Shown here piece after piece: positions 16,091 to 24,497 of a stretch of 59,914 nucleotides of DNA. The stretch is taken from positions 1-59,914 of the forward strand of contig CAMNCG010000001.1 of the NCBI GenBank assembly GCA_946534105.1, in the 5' to 3' direction. Under the pieces are notes generated by a model, which did not search any database, was not told the origin of the DNA, and saw nothing but the letters and a program-made list of their open reading frames with translations. A program made the translations under genes and the position numbers. Numbering within the stretch: the stretch's first letter is position 1; every line of letters starts with the position of its first letter. Source of the stretch: an uncultured Verrucomicrobiota bacterium (GTDB lineage Bacteria; Verrucomicrobiota; Kiritimatiellia; RFP12; UBA3636).

Positions 16091-18505
16091 ATGCAGAAGC
16101 GTACAATCGCGCGCATGGACAACGTACGCAGGATTTTCCGGCCCGAACGCCTTTTGCGCGGGGACACGGGCGTGAACCCTCTCCAGCCGCTCGACGACGC
16201 CTCGTGGATCTGGGCTCCGGACGCGCCGGAACCGCCGCCCCGCGAGGGCGTTTTCCTGCGTTTCCGGCTGGAATTCGAAAGGAAACGCGGGGAATCCGCC
16301 CCCCGGATCGACGTCACGGCGGACGAGCGTTTCGTCCTTTTTCTCGACGGCGCCCCCATCGCTTCCGGGCCGCACCGCGGCACGCCGGAGCGCTGGACCT
16401 ACCAATCCTTCGAGCTCGCGTCCGGGCCGGGCCGGCACCGCCTCGAAGCCGTGGTCTGGCGGCTCGGCAACGCCGCCCCTTCCGAACAGCTTTCCGTCCG
16501 GGGCGGTTTCGCGCTCGCCGCGTCCGGCCCCTGGCACGAACGGCTCTCGACCGGCAAGGCGCCGTGGAGCGTCGCGCCCCTCTCCGGCACCCGGCCCGGC
16601 GGAAGCGATCCGGAGTCCGTTTCGGCATGCGTCGGAACGCCGTTCGAGGTCCGCGGAACGTCGGCTTTCGACGAAGAACCGCCCCCCGGATCGTGGACCG
16701 AAGCCGTCGCGGTCCGCGGCCCCGTCTGGCCGCATTCGGGACGCAACTTGTGGGGCGGCCGCTCCGTCGGTTGGCAATTGTACCCTTCCGTCCTGCCGGA
16801 CATGCTGGATCGGAGGCTCGTTCCCGGCCGGTTCCGGACGGGTCCGCTCGCCGGGTCCCGCCCGGGACCGTTCGCCGTTCCGGCTCGTTCGCGCGTAGAG
16901 GTCGTCTGGGATCTCGGCGAATACTTCTGCGCCCGGCCGGAACTCGTCATCGACGGCGGCGCCGGCGCGACGGTGCGGTGGGGATGGGCGGAAGGCCTCC
17001 GCGGAGCGGACGGCCTCAAACTCCGGAACCGGAACGAATGGAAGGGAGCCTCCTTTTCCGGTTTCACGGACGTGTTTCTCCCCGACGGGCGCAAGGGCGC
17101 CCGGTTCACGACTCCGTGGTGGCGGAGCGGACGCTGGTGCCGCATCGAAATCGAAACGGCCGGCGAACCGCTCCGCGCGGTCTCGGCGGCGATTCTCGAA
17201 ACGCGCTACCCCCTCGAACCGGAGGACCGGTTCGAGTGCGACGATCCGACCCTCGCCGACGTCCGGCGCATCTGCGTGCGCGGTCTCCAGATGTGCATGC
17301 ACGAAACGTTCTTCGACTGCCCGCACTACGAACAGCAGCAGTACGTCGGCGACACCCGGCTCCAGATGCTCGTCGCGGCCGCGATTTCGCCGGACGACCG
17401 CCTCGTGCGCCACGCCGCGGACCTCTTCGACCTCTCGCGCCGCGAGGACGGCATCCCCGCCATGCAGTTTCCGTCCCGCAAGCGTCAGGAATCCGGCACC
17501 TACGCGCTCGTATGGCCCCTGATCCTCCGCGACACGATGCTGCTGCACGACTGCAGGGAGTGGCTCCGCGCGAAGGCCCCGGGCATGCGGCAGTGCCTCC
17601 ACGGGCTCGCCCTCTACGAAAACGGAGCGGGGCTCCTCGAAGGAACCCCGGGCTGGAGTTTCGTCGACTGGTCGCCCGCGTGGAACGACCGCAAGGGCGT
17701 CCCTCCCGGCGGCAACGCCGGCGAGGGAGGAAGCGCGCCCGCGAACCTCTTCCGCGTCCTCGCGCTCCAGGCCGCGGCCGAGATCGAAAGCGCCCTCGGC
17801 GAAAACCGGCTCGCCGCGTACTGGCGCGCCGAAGCGCGGCGCGCCACCGCCGCGGTCCTGCGCTCGTTCTGGTGCGAAAGCCGCGGCCTCCTCTCGGACG
17901 ACCCGGCCCGCGCGTCATTCAGCGAACACGCCCAGAGCCTCGCGATCGTCGCCGGCATCCTCTCCCCCGCCCGCCGCCGGCGCGCCTTCGAGGGGCTCCT
18001 CGGCGCGCCGGACCTCGCGCGCGCCACGGTCTACTTCTCGCACTACCTGTTCGAAGCGTTCCTGCGTCTCGGCCGCGCGGACCTGTTCCTGCGCCGGCTC
18101 GATCTCTGGCGCGACTTCGCCGCGCGCGGCCTCCGCACGCCGCTCGAAGCCCCCGACTGCGGCAAAAACGGCCAGAAGGAGCCGCGCAGCGACTGCCATG
18201 CGTGGGGTTCCCACCCGCTCTGGCATCTCCACACGGGCGTCGCCGGCGTGCGTCCGGACGCGCCGTTCTACGGTGCGGTACGCGTCGCGCCCTGCCCGGG
18301 ACCGCTCCGCCGCATCTCGAGCGTGACCCCGACGCCGCGCGGCCCCGTGGCGCTCGACCTCGCGTTCGACGGCGCCGGCGGCGTCCGCGGCTCGGTGGCG
18401 CTGCCGCCCGGCCTTTCCGGCGTCTTCGCCTGGAACGGCCGCGAAACCCGGCTCGACCCGGGCTCCAACCGCATTTCGCGCATCGACCGGGCCGAAACGC
18501 GCTGA
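16091..18505 (+). CDS. six-hairpin glycoside hydrolase, alpha-L-rhamnosidase (GH78)-like
   Basis: The track ORF starts at a TTG at 16055; I prefer the ATG at 16091. The motif FFDCPHYEQQQYVGDTRLQ resembles the catalytic-domain signature I recall in GH78-like proteins. The family call is tentative. Confidence 0.55.
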   Translation: MQKRTIARMDNVRRIFRPERLLRGDTGVNPLQPLDDASWIWAPDAPEPPPREGVFLRFRLEFERKRGESAPRIDVTADERFVLFLDGAPIASGPHRGTPERWTYQSFELASGPGRHRLEAVVWRLGNAAPSEQLSVRGGFALAASGPWHERLSTGKAPWSVAPLSGTRPGGSDPESVSACVGTPFEVRGTSAFDEEPPPGSWTEAVAVRGPVWPHSGRNLWGGRSVGWQLYPSVLPDMLDRRLVPGRFRTGPLAGSRPGPFAVPARSRVEVVWDLGEYFCARPELVIDGGAGATVRWGWAEGLRGADGLKLRNRNEWKGASFSGFTDVFLPDGRKGARFTTPWWRSGRWCRIEIETAGEPLRAVSAAILETRYPLEPEDRFECDDPTLADVRRICVRGLQMCMHETFFDCPHYEQQQYVGDTRLQMLVAAAISPDDRLVRHAADLFDLSRREDGIPAMQFPSRKRQESGTYALVWPLILRDTMLLHDCREWLRAKAPGMRQCLHGLALYENGAGLLEGTPGWSFVDWSPAWNDRKGVPPGGNAGEGGSAPANLFRVLALQAAAEIESALGENRLAAYWRAEARRATAAVLRSFWCESRGLLSDDPARASFSEHAQSLAIVAGILSPARRRRAFEGLLGAPDLARATVYFSHYLFEAFLRLGRADLFLRRLDLWRDFAARGLRTPLEAPDCGKNGQKEPRSDCHAWGSHPLWHLHTGVAGVRPDAPFYGAVRVAPCPGPLRRISSVTPTPRGPVALDLAFDGAGGVRGSVALPPGLSGVFAWNGRETRLDPGSNRISRIDRAETR

Positions 18506-18558
18506 CAACCGGCCCCGCGGGGAATTCCGCAGGGCCTCTCCGCGCGCCGCGGGCGGCG

Positions 18559-19026
18559 TCAGCCTTCGAGCGAGGCGAGGACCGAGACCATCTCGATCGC
18601 GGCCATGGCCGCGTCCCACCCCTTGTTGCCCATCTTCGTGCCGGCCCGCTCCACGGCCTGCTCGATGTTGTTCGCTGCCACCAGTCCGCCGGTGACCGGA
18701 ACTCCCGTGTCGAGCGAAATCTGCGTGATGGCGCGGGAAACCTGCTGCTCGATGAGATCCGCGTGCGGCGTGGAGCCCTGGATCACGCACCCGAGCGCCA
18801 TCACGGCGTCGAACCGCCCGGATCGGGCGAGTTTCTGCACCGCGAGCGGAAGCTCCGCCGCTCCGGGAACGCGAACGAACACGATGTCGTCCGGCGAAGC
18901 GCCGTGCCGCAGGAGACAGTCCTCGGCACCCTGCAGCAACTGTTCGGTGAAGAACGAGTTGAAACGGCTCACCGCAATGCCGAACTTCCTGCCCGCCGCC
19001 GAGAGATTTCCGGAAATTTCCTTCAT
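18559..19026 (-). CDS. ribH: 6,7-dimethyl-8-ribityllumazine synthase
   Basis: 155 aa. The motifs FGIAVSRFN, VPGA.ELP, ALG.VI.G.T.H and G....N..QA..RAG match the family. Confidence 0.9.
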   Translation of the reverse strand: MKEISGNLSAAGRKFGIAVSRFNSFFTEQLLQGAEDCLLRHGASPDDIVFVRVPGAAELPLAVQKLARSGRFDAVMALGCVIQGSTPHADLIEQQVSRAITQISLDTGVPVTGGLVAANNIEQAVERAGTKMGNKGWDAAMAAIEMVSVLASLEG

Positions 19027-19421
19027 GGTCGTTCTGCCTTGTCTTTCTCGCCCGCATCCGCCGGACCGGGCTGGTTGGATTCAAGTTCTTCGAGAATGGC
19101 GAGCACCCGGTCGCCGCCGGCGATCGCCCCCGTCGCGCGAAAATCCAGCACCGGAGTGTACTTGAGGCCGACCTTGTCGGCGATCCGGCGCTGGAAATCC
19201 GCCCGGTGCGCCCGCAACCACGACATCGATCGGCGCGCCGCTGCCTCGTCTCCGAGGATGGAGACGAGCACGATGGCGTTGTGCAGGTCCGGCGCGACGC
19301 GGACTTCAACGAATGAAACGCGCGACGTTTCGACGCCCTCCCCGGGTGTCATGCGGTACAACGCCGCCGCGAGTTCCTCGCGGACCCGTTCGTTCACTCT
19401 GGCTAGCCGGTCGGTTTTCAT
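19023..19421 (-). CDS. rbfA: ribosome-binding factor A
   Basis: ORF 19023..19658 trimmed to the ATG at 19421 (MKTDRLARVNERVREELA). The motifs V.VS.DL..A.V and P.L.F are typical. It overlaps ribH by 4 nt. Confidence 0.8.
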   Translation of the reverse strand: MKTDRLARVNERVREELAAALYRMTPGEGVETSRVSFVEVRVAPDLHNAIVLVSILGDEAAARRSMSWLRAHRADFQRRIADKVGLKYTPVLDFRATGAIAGGDRVLAILEELESNQPGPADAGEKDKAERP

Positions 19422-19489
19422 GGTTTCGAGACATCCGCGACGCGACGGCCGTCCCGAAACAAAACGGCCGCCCGCGTGACGCGAGGGGC

Positions 19490-19498
19490 ATTCTAGCA
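19490..19498 (-). promoter_or_regulatory. extended -10 element (TGCTAGAAT) upstream of rbfA
   Basis: The minus strand reads TGCTAGAAT about 70 nt upstream of the rbfA ATG. The same TGnTAGAAT form is seen upstream of purM. Confidence 0.3.
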
Positions 19499-19726
19499 GA
19501 AACCCGCGGAAGATGCATCCCGTTCGACCACCTCGTAAAAGCCGGACGAGAGGCTCGTGGCGGGGTGCAGCCCCCGCCACGGATGGCGTTGATCCGCCGC
19601 GCCCCGCGTGGGCGTCACCGCGTCGCCGCGCTTCACGATTTCCGCAACCGCCTTCCACTTCTTCCGGATAGCGGGCGTCTTCGCGAACTTCGGGGGAATC
19701 TTCCCCTTGTGCTTCACGAAGAGCAT
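19493..19726 (-). CDS. hypothetical small basic protein (doubtful)
   Basis: 77-aa ORF with a Lys-rich N-terminal half (KGKIPPKFAKTPAIRKKWKAVAEIVKRG). I recognise no family. It could be a spurious ORF. Confidence 0.25.
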   Translation of the reverse strand: MLFVKHKGKIPPKFAKTPAIRKKWKAVAEIVKRGDAVTPTRGAADQRHPWRGLHPATSLSSGFYEVVERDASSAGFC

Positions 19727-19733
19727 GAAGGTC

Positions 19734-20555
19734 TCAACCCCTCGCCGCCTTGATGGTTTCGTATGCCTGGTTGATCTCCGCGCTCTTCTGGTTCGCGAGC
19801 TCCACCCATTCCGGGTCGAGGTCCTTGCCCTGGATTTTGTCCGGATGGAAGGCGGCGAGTTTCCTCTTCCACGCCTTCTTGACCTCGGCGTCGGAGGCGT
19901 CGGGGGAGACGCCGAGCGTCGCGTAGGCCTCGGCTAGAGCGGCGTCGCCGGAAGACCCCTCGTCCTCGTCGCCTCCGGCGAATTCCGCAACAACGAGGTC
20001 GAACACCTCCGGCTTGAAGCCGAGGGGATCCGGAATCCCGCGGAGCAAGGCGATTTCCGAGTCGTCGAGCGCCCCGTCCGCGAGAGCCATCAAAAACAGG
20101 TGGCGATAGATCTGAAGGCGGATGTCGAAGCCGCCGCTTTCATCGCCGGGATTCAGCTCGATCGCCGCCTGAAGGATGGCATTCGCCCACTCGGCGGCAT
20201 CGTCGATGTTCTTCTTCTGTTCGTTGAAGAAATTCTGAAGGTTCCTACGAACATCGATGTCGAGCTCCAGATCATCGAAGAAGGCCTTGACGAACCCAAT
20301 TTCGGACTTATCCACCCGTCCGTCCGCCTTGGCCATCTTTGCCAGCAAGGCAACTTCGCCCAACAGCAGAATGGTTCCTGGCTCCGACTTCTCGTCCCCG
20401 AGGCCAACCAGATTCAGCGCGCTGTCAACCGTTCGTCCGGCACCGTCGATCACGCCGCCCAGCACGTCGCCAACACCATCTATGATCTCGCCGTCAAAGA
20501 CTTTTCCAAGTCCTCCGCCGACCTTCTTGAAGAAGTCTCCGAGTATGGTTCCCAT
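19734..20555 (-). CDS. djlA: DjlA-like co-chaperone (TerB-like domain plus C-terminal J domain)
   Basis: Trimmed to the ATG at 20555 (MGTILGDFF). The C-terminus LGVSPDASDAEVKKAWKRKLAAFHPDKIQGKDLDPEWVELANQKSAEINQAYETIKAA matches the DjlA J-domain pattern, including HPD. The middle part is TerB-like (AKADGRVDKSEI, ALADGALDDSEI). Confidence 0.7.
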   Translation of the reverse strand: MGTILGDFFKKVGGGLGKVFDGEIIDGVGDVLGGVIDGAGRTVDSALNLVGLGDEKSEPGTILLLGEVALLAKMAKADGRVDKSEIGFVKAFFDDLELDIDVRRNLQNFFNEQKKNIDDAAEWANAILQAAIELNPGDESGGFDIRLQIYRHLFLMALADGALDDSEIALLRGIPDPLGFKPEVFDLVVAEFAGGDEDEGSSGDAALAEAYATLGVSPDASDAEVKKAWKRKLAAFHPDKIQGKDLDPEWVELANQKSAEINQAYETIKAARG

Positions 20556-20571
20556 GGTTTTGCTATTCTTG

Positions 20572-21387
20572 TTAATTACCGATTGAGGTTGAGTTGGAAA
20601 TGCGGATGTAATCGACGAGCATTTCGTTCGGGAACTGCGAATCGTCAATTTCAAAACCAGGCCAGTTGCCGCCAACGGCGACATTCAAGATCAGGAAGAA
20701 CGGCTTGTGGAAAGCATTGGTTCCACCAGCATTGTTTTCGATGATCATCTCGTTGTACTTGAAGTCATCAACATACATGGATATGACTTTTTCGTTCCAA
20801 ACGAGCCTGTAATCATGAAACTTCGTTACGTCCAGCGGGAATCTCGCTCCATAAAAGTCCGAAGTGCTTTTCCCATGTTGCGCATGACCATTGTTGAACC
20901 AGTGACATGTCCCATGCACGACATGCTCGTCATTGACGGCCTCGATGATGTCGATCTCACCGCATGCAGGCCAGCCAACGGAATCGATGTTTTCGCCTAG
21001 CATCCAGAAGGCGGGCCAGATTCCTTTGCCAGAGGGCAAGGCAATGCGTGCTTCTACCATGCCATAGGTGAAGGAGAATTTTCCCTTCGTGACCATGCGG
21101 GCGGAGGTGTAGTCCGATCCGTTGTATGATTCATTTACGGCGCGAATATGGAGGATACCGTCCTTCACATAGGCGTTTTGGGATTGGTCGGTATAAAACT
21201 CCTTCTCGTTGTTGCCCCAGCCATTGTTCCCCGTTCCTATTTCAAAACTCCACTTCGATAAGTCAATGGCGCTACCATCGAATTCGTCATGTCACAGGTA
21301 TGGACTCTTTGAATCGGGACTTATCAACTTCTTGAGATAGTCGTATTTTTCGCGAAACAGCGCCAGAACTTCTTCACGTGTTTTCAT
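20572..21387 (-). pseudogene. GH16 (laminarinase/beta-glucanase fold) gene interrupted by an in-frame TGA
   Basis: The frame opens at the ATG at 21387 (MKTREEVLALFREKYDYLKKLISPDSKSPYL). It hits a TGA at 21292-21294. It then continues in the same frame as HDEFDGSAIDLSKWSFEIGTGNNGWGNNEKEFYT...GEIDIIE (the ExDxxE catalytic motif). There is no signal peptide. Confidence 0.6.
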
Positions 21388-21414
21388 GGTCACAAGGTGA
21401 TGCAAGTTTGCTTA

Positions 21415-22431
21415 TTAGAGGATAGGTGGTTGCCCTTTGACAAGTTTTTGTCCCCAAAGACAGCGAGCGTCATCCTTCTGCACATCGGGACTGTTCGCGA
21501 CCAACTTCGAAAGGTATGTGTCGATTGGAGGAAAGTCGGCTAGTTCAGCATCCGTCAACACCTTAATACATCCTCCAAATCCAAACATTCGGACGAAAAC
21601 TATTCCATCTCCAATCCAAAAGAAGAGTTCTCTATCGGGGAAAGGATCAATTATTGCTGGAATACTAATGGGGAAAACGTAATGCAACTTCCTTAGCGCC
21701 ACCCCACCAGAGAAGATGGCTTCTCTGAAGGATCTTGCCGAATCTGATTTCAGGATGTAGGGATATCCATACATGCAGAATGCAAGTTCATACGCGATTT
21801 TTACATATTCTTGGACGCCAGTATCATTCCAAGCGATTTTCTCTTGGTGCAACAAGGGGCGTTCGGAATGATGCGTTGCTTTTTGCAGAGCTTCGTCAGC
21901 CATTGAAGCAACGAGCTTATTCAATTTGTCAGGTGCGTCCTCCAGCTGGGGATTGAGTTTAAGTTGAACACGACGTAACTCTTTCTTAACCATTTCAAGC
22001 TGTTCTTTACGCGAATATGTAGCGGGAATTACCATCGACACACTCGTAGCATCAAGGTCTTCTTTGATTGTAACTGTGGGCAATGTCTCGGGGCTACCAT
22101 TGACGATGCGGACCTTTTCTAGGCGAGAAGTCGGATCGTCCACGGCCCATACACCGGAAAATATATTGGGACAATGCCCTTTCTTTCCTTTGAGTCCGTA
22201 AATGTGTCGGTTCAGTATGAATGGAAAAAGCGCTTGGAAATTTCCATCAACGGTTGAACCGAGTTTAGAATTACAATCTTTGCAGACAAAAGGCATTTTC
22301 AGCCTTCCTCCGATTGATTCCGGAAATACATGCTCAATGGTTAACGGCTTCTCTTTTAGACAGAAGATGCATTGTTTGTTGTAATCCACGGCGTCTGAAG
22401 CGTGGCTCTGTTGAACATGAATGTTTTCCAT
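21415..22431 (-). CDS. HNH endonuclease domain protein with an unassigned C-terminal domain of about 250 aa
   Basis: The N-terminal HNH/zinc-finger motif is CIFCLKEKPLTIEHVFPESIGG...CKDCNSKLG. I prefer the ATG at 22431 because a GGAGG sits 9 nt upstream. That start lies 1 nt after the upstream TAG stop. Confidence 0.7.
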   Translation of the reverse strand: MENIHVQQSHASDAVDYNKQCIFCLKEKPLTIEHVFPESIGGRLKMPFVCKDCNSKLGSTVDGNFQALFPFILNRHIYGLKGKKGHCPNIFSGVWAVDDPTSRLEKVRIVNGSPETLPTVTIKEDLDATSVSMVIPATYSRKEQLEMVKKELRRVQLKLNPQLEDAPDKLNKLVASMADEALQKATHHSERPLLHQEKIAWNDTGVQEYVKIAYELAFCMYGYPYILKSDSARSFREAIFSGGVALRKLHYVFPISIPAIIDPFPDRELFFWIGDGIVFVRMFGFGGCIKVLTDAELADFPPIDTYLSKLVANSPDVQKDDARCLWGQKLVKGQPPIL

Positions 22432-22432
22432 G

Positions 22433-23698
22433 CTATTTTCCCTCCGCATTTCTTTTTTTGATTATGACATTTTTCTCCAAGAGCGAAAATCCCTTTTCAT
22501 CAGTATCAAACCTGTTAATTAGTTCTCCGTTATTGCGAATTTTAATGTCGGGTTCCCGAAAGAGAATGGTTCTTTGCAATGGTCTATCTTTCGGATTGCT
22601 ATTATTTTTGCTTTCCTTAACATATTTAGCCGCTTCTAAACAAAGTTTTATGACTTCTTTGCGATATTTTTCAAGCGCCTGCAATTCAATTGTCGCGCCA
22701 AAAAGCCTTTCGCAATAGGTCACGGCTTTCCACAGCAGCCAAACGTTTGTCGAATAGGCCCAGTGAATTGATGCCTGTGTCCAGCGATAAATCCGTTGAA
22801 TTGATTGGAAGCTGACAGGACGATCCTTGAAATGAAAATTCGTTTCAAACTCTTTCTCAATTATAGACTGGAATCTTCCACTACGGATCTCAAAGAGATC
22901 AAGGGGGACAACTCCACGGAAGCCGACAATCCGCATGAACCACGATTCCAGCATTTGGCGAATGGCAAAAATCGACAGCATCTCTCTTGACGGATTGTTT
23001 GGAATGCGATTGAAGAAAGCCAGATTCTCTATGTCGCAAAACAATGGAAGCGTGAACGATTGTCTTTCTCGTTGAGATGAGGATTTACAGAATCCAGAAA
23101 TTAACCCGGTCGACGAAAGGTCCTGAACAAAGTTGCAGACTGTTTCACATGGGAATACAACACGGGAAAAGCCATACAAGTCCGGCTTGTCAATACGTTC
23201 CAGAATCCACGCCAAAAACTCCTCGCAACAGCACAACGTAGCTTGTGCGAGTTCCAAATTATTCAAATAAGGATTTTTAGCAGGGCCAAGCCTTTGCGGT
23301 TGAACATCGTGTTCTTTGTCCGTGATGTTGTCGACAACTTCGGTTGTTCGAATAGCATATGTTTTCCCGTCTGCGAGCTGAAATTGCGTTTGACTTTCCC
23401 GTCTTTCAAATTCAATGTCTGGCTCAGAAAATAATCGGTCGATAAGTGTGTCTTCATCCAGATTTGATCCGTTTTGAAGCGCGGTATGCAACAGGGTTTT
23501 CAACTTGTGAATTGTTGCCTTTAACTCATCTTTGTCCCTTTGATGAGGAGCAAACCATTCGAGTAGCGTATCGCCACAATGCAGAGAATCAACAATTGGA
23601 AGTTGAAACTGTTTGGTCGCAGATTCGGTTTTCATCGGGTGTCCTTCCTGCTTGTGAACCCAAGCCATTTGGGATCGTTTTTCCTTATTCGAAAACAC
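22433..23698 (-). CDS. hypothetical protein (no recognisable domain)
   Basis: 421-aa ORF with non-repetitive, protein-like composition and no P-loop. The track start is a GTG at 23698. An alternative ATG at 23635 (MKTESATK) has a better Shine-Dalgarno sequence (GGAAGGA). Confidence 0.6.
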   Translation of the reverse strand: MFSNKEKRSQMAWVHKQEGHPMKTESATKQFQLPIVDSLHCGDTLLEWFAPHQRDKDELKATIHKLKTLLHTALQNGSNLDEDTLIDRLFSEPDIEFERRESQTQFQLADGKTYAIRTTEVVDNITDKEHDVQPQRLGPAKNPYLNNLELAQATLCCCEEFLAWILERIDKPDLYGFSRVVFPCETVCNFVQDLSSTGLISGFCKSSSQRERQSFTLPLFCDIENLAFFNRIPNNPSREMLSIFAIRQMLESWFMRIVGFRGVVPLDLFEIRSGRFQSIIEKEFETNFHFKDRPVSFQSIQRIYRWTQASIHWAYSTNVWLLWKAVTYCERLFGATIELQALEKYRKEVIKLCLEAAKYVKESKNNSNPKDRPLQRTILFREPDIKIRNNGELINRFDTDEKGFSLLEKNVIIKKRNAEGK

Positions 23699-23699
23699 A

Positions 23700-24056
23700 T
23701 CATGAGAATCGATGCTCGATTTCCGAATGGATGTTCTTGAGAATGCGGTTTGCGAACGACTTGACTACTATGCGCCCCAAAATGTCGCCAAGAGAGAAAG
23801 GAAGAATTGAAAGTGGCGGTGCCGGGTCGGCTAGAATTAAGAACTTTCTAGTTTTAGTTTTGGATTCTACGACGAGATCGTTCCCCACTTGATAAATGGA
23901 AAATGCCAAGTCACCATTGCCTGAGGAGATAGAAAAACTGTCATCCTGCTTCATCTGTTCGCAATTGAGGCTGAAACCATGTGCTTTGCATCGCTCTATA
24001 GCGAAATCGACGCATTCCTGCAATTGTTGAGACTTCCCAGTAATGACAGTTTTCAT
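23700..24056 (-). CDS. hypothetical small protein
   Basis: 118-aa ORF in the same tight gene string. It has AT-rich codon usage like its neighbours. I recognise no family. Confidence 0.5.
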   Translation of the reverse strand: MKTVITGKSQQLQECVDFAIERCKAHGFSLNCEQMKQDDSFSISSGNGDLAFSIYQVGNDLVVESKTKTRKFLILADPAPPLSILPFSLGDILGRIVVKSFANRILKNIHSEIEHRFS

Positions 24057-24083
24057 GTTTGTTCTCTTCGATTCACCAACGGA

Positions 24084-24482
24084 CTAATCGTGAAGCATTT
24101 CGAGAAAGGCGGAAAATGATTCCGCAACAAGCATGGTTCTGTCCTGCTCGTGCAACCACAGATGAATGGCCCCGTTTTTCACGACAAAGAAATTCCCTGC
24201 TGGATCGGTGGCAAAAGGAACAAGCTTCTTGTTCGCGGAATCCAGTGGATAGAAGGCGAACACGTTCTCGACATCGCCTCGGTTAAAGGAGAGGAGAGAC
24301 TTGAATTCCTTGTCCTTTTCCAACGCAAGGTCGTAATATTTCAATGACGGGCGACCGCCATTGTTCGTTCGGATCGTGTTCTTGAGGTCTTCCGGCAGCG
24401 TAGTGCCAACCAGGGATTCGTACTCTGCAATGCTTCCCGCATCGACAAGTGGTTTGACGTATTTCCAAGTGATGACCTTCAT
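24084..24482 (-). CDS. SMI1/KNR4 (SUKH-1) family immunity protein
   Basis: 132 aa. The motifs IAEYESLVGTTLPEDLKNTIRTNNGG, FATDPAGNFFVV and AESFSAFLEML give a textbook SUKH pattern. It lies 15 nt downstream of the nuclease gene. Confidence 0.85.
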   Translation of the reverse strand: MKVITWKYVKPLVDAGSIAEYESLVGTTLPEDLKNTIRTNNGGRPSLKYYDLALEKDKEFKSLLSFNRGDVENVFAFYPLDSANKKLVPFATDPAGNFFVVKNGAIHLWLHEQDRTMLVAESFSAFLEMLHD

Positions 24483-24497
24483 CGTCCGATTCCTTTC

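Noticed and set aside
19422-20571. tRNA gene, integrase, transposase or att-type direct repeats at the island borders (I also checked 31352-31470).
   Set aside because: Reading both strands, I found no cloverleaf-like sequence, no recombinase-like ORF, and no repeat of 10 nt or more shared by the two borders. The island is therefore not called a mobile element.
21292-21294. The TGA in the GH16 gene read as selenocysteine or a recoded codon.
   Set aside because: I found no SECIS-like hairpin immediately downstream. The position precedes the conserved domain rather than lying in a redox motif. All other genes in the window end at or use TGA normally as a stop. I kept it as a nonsense codon or possible sequencing error.
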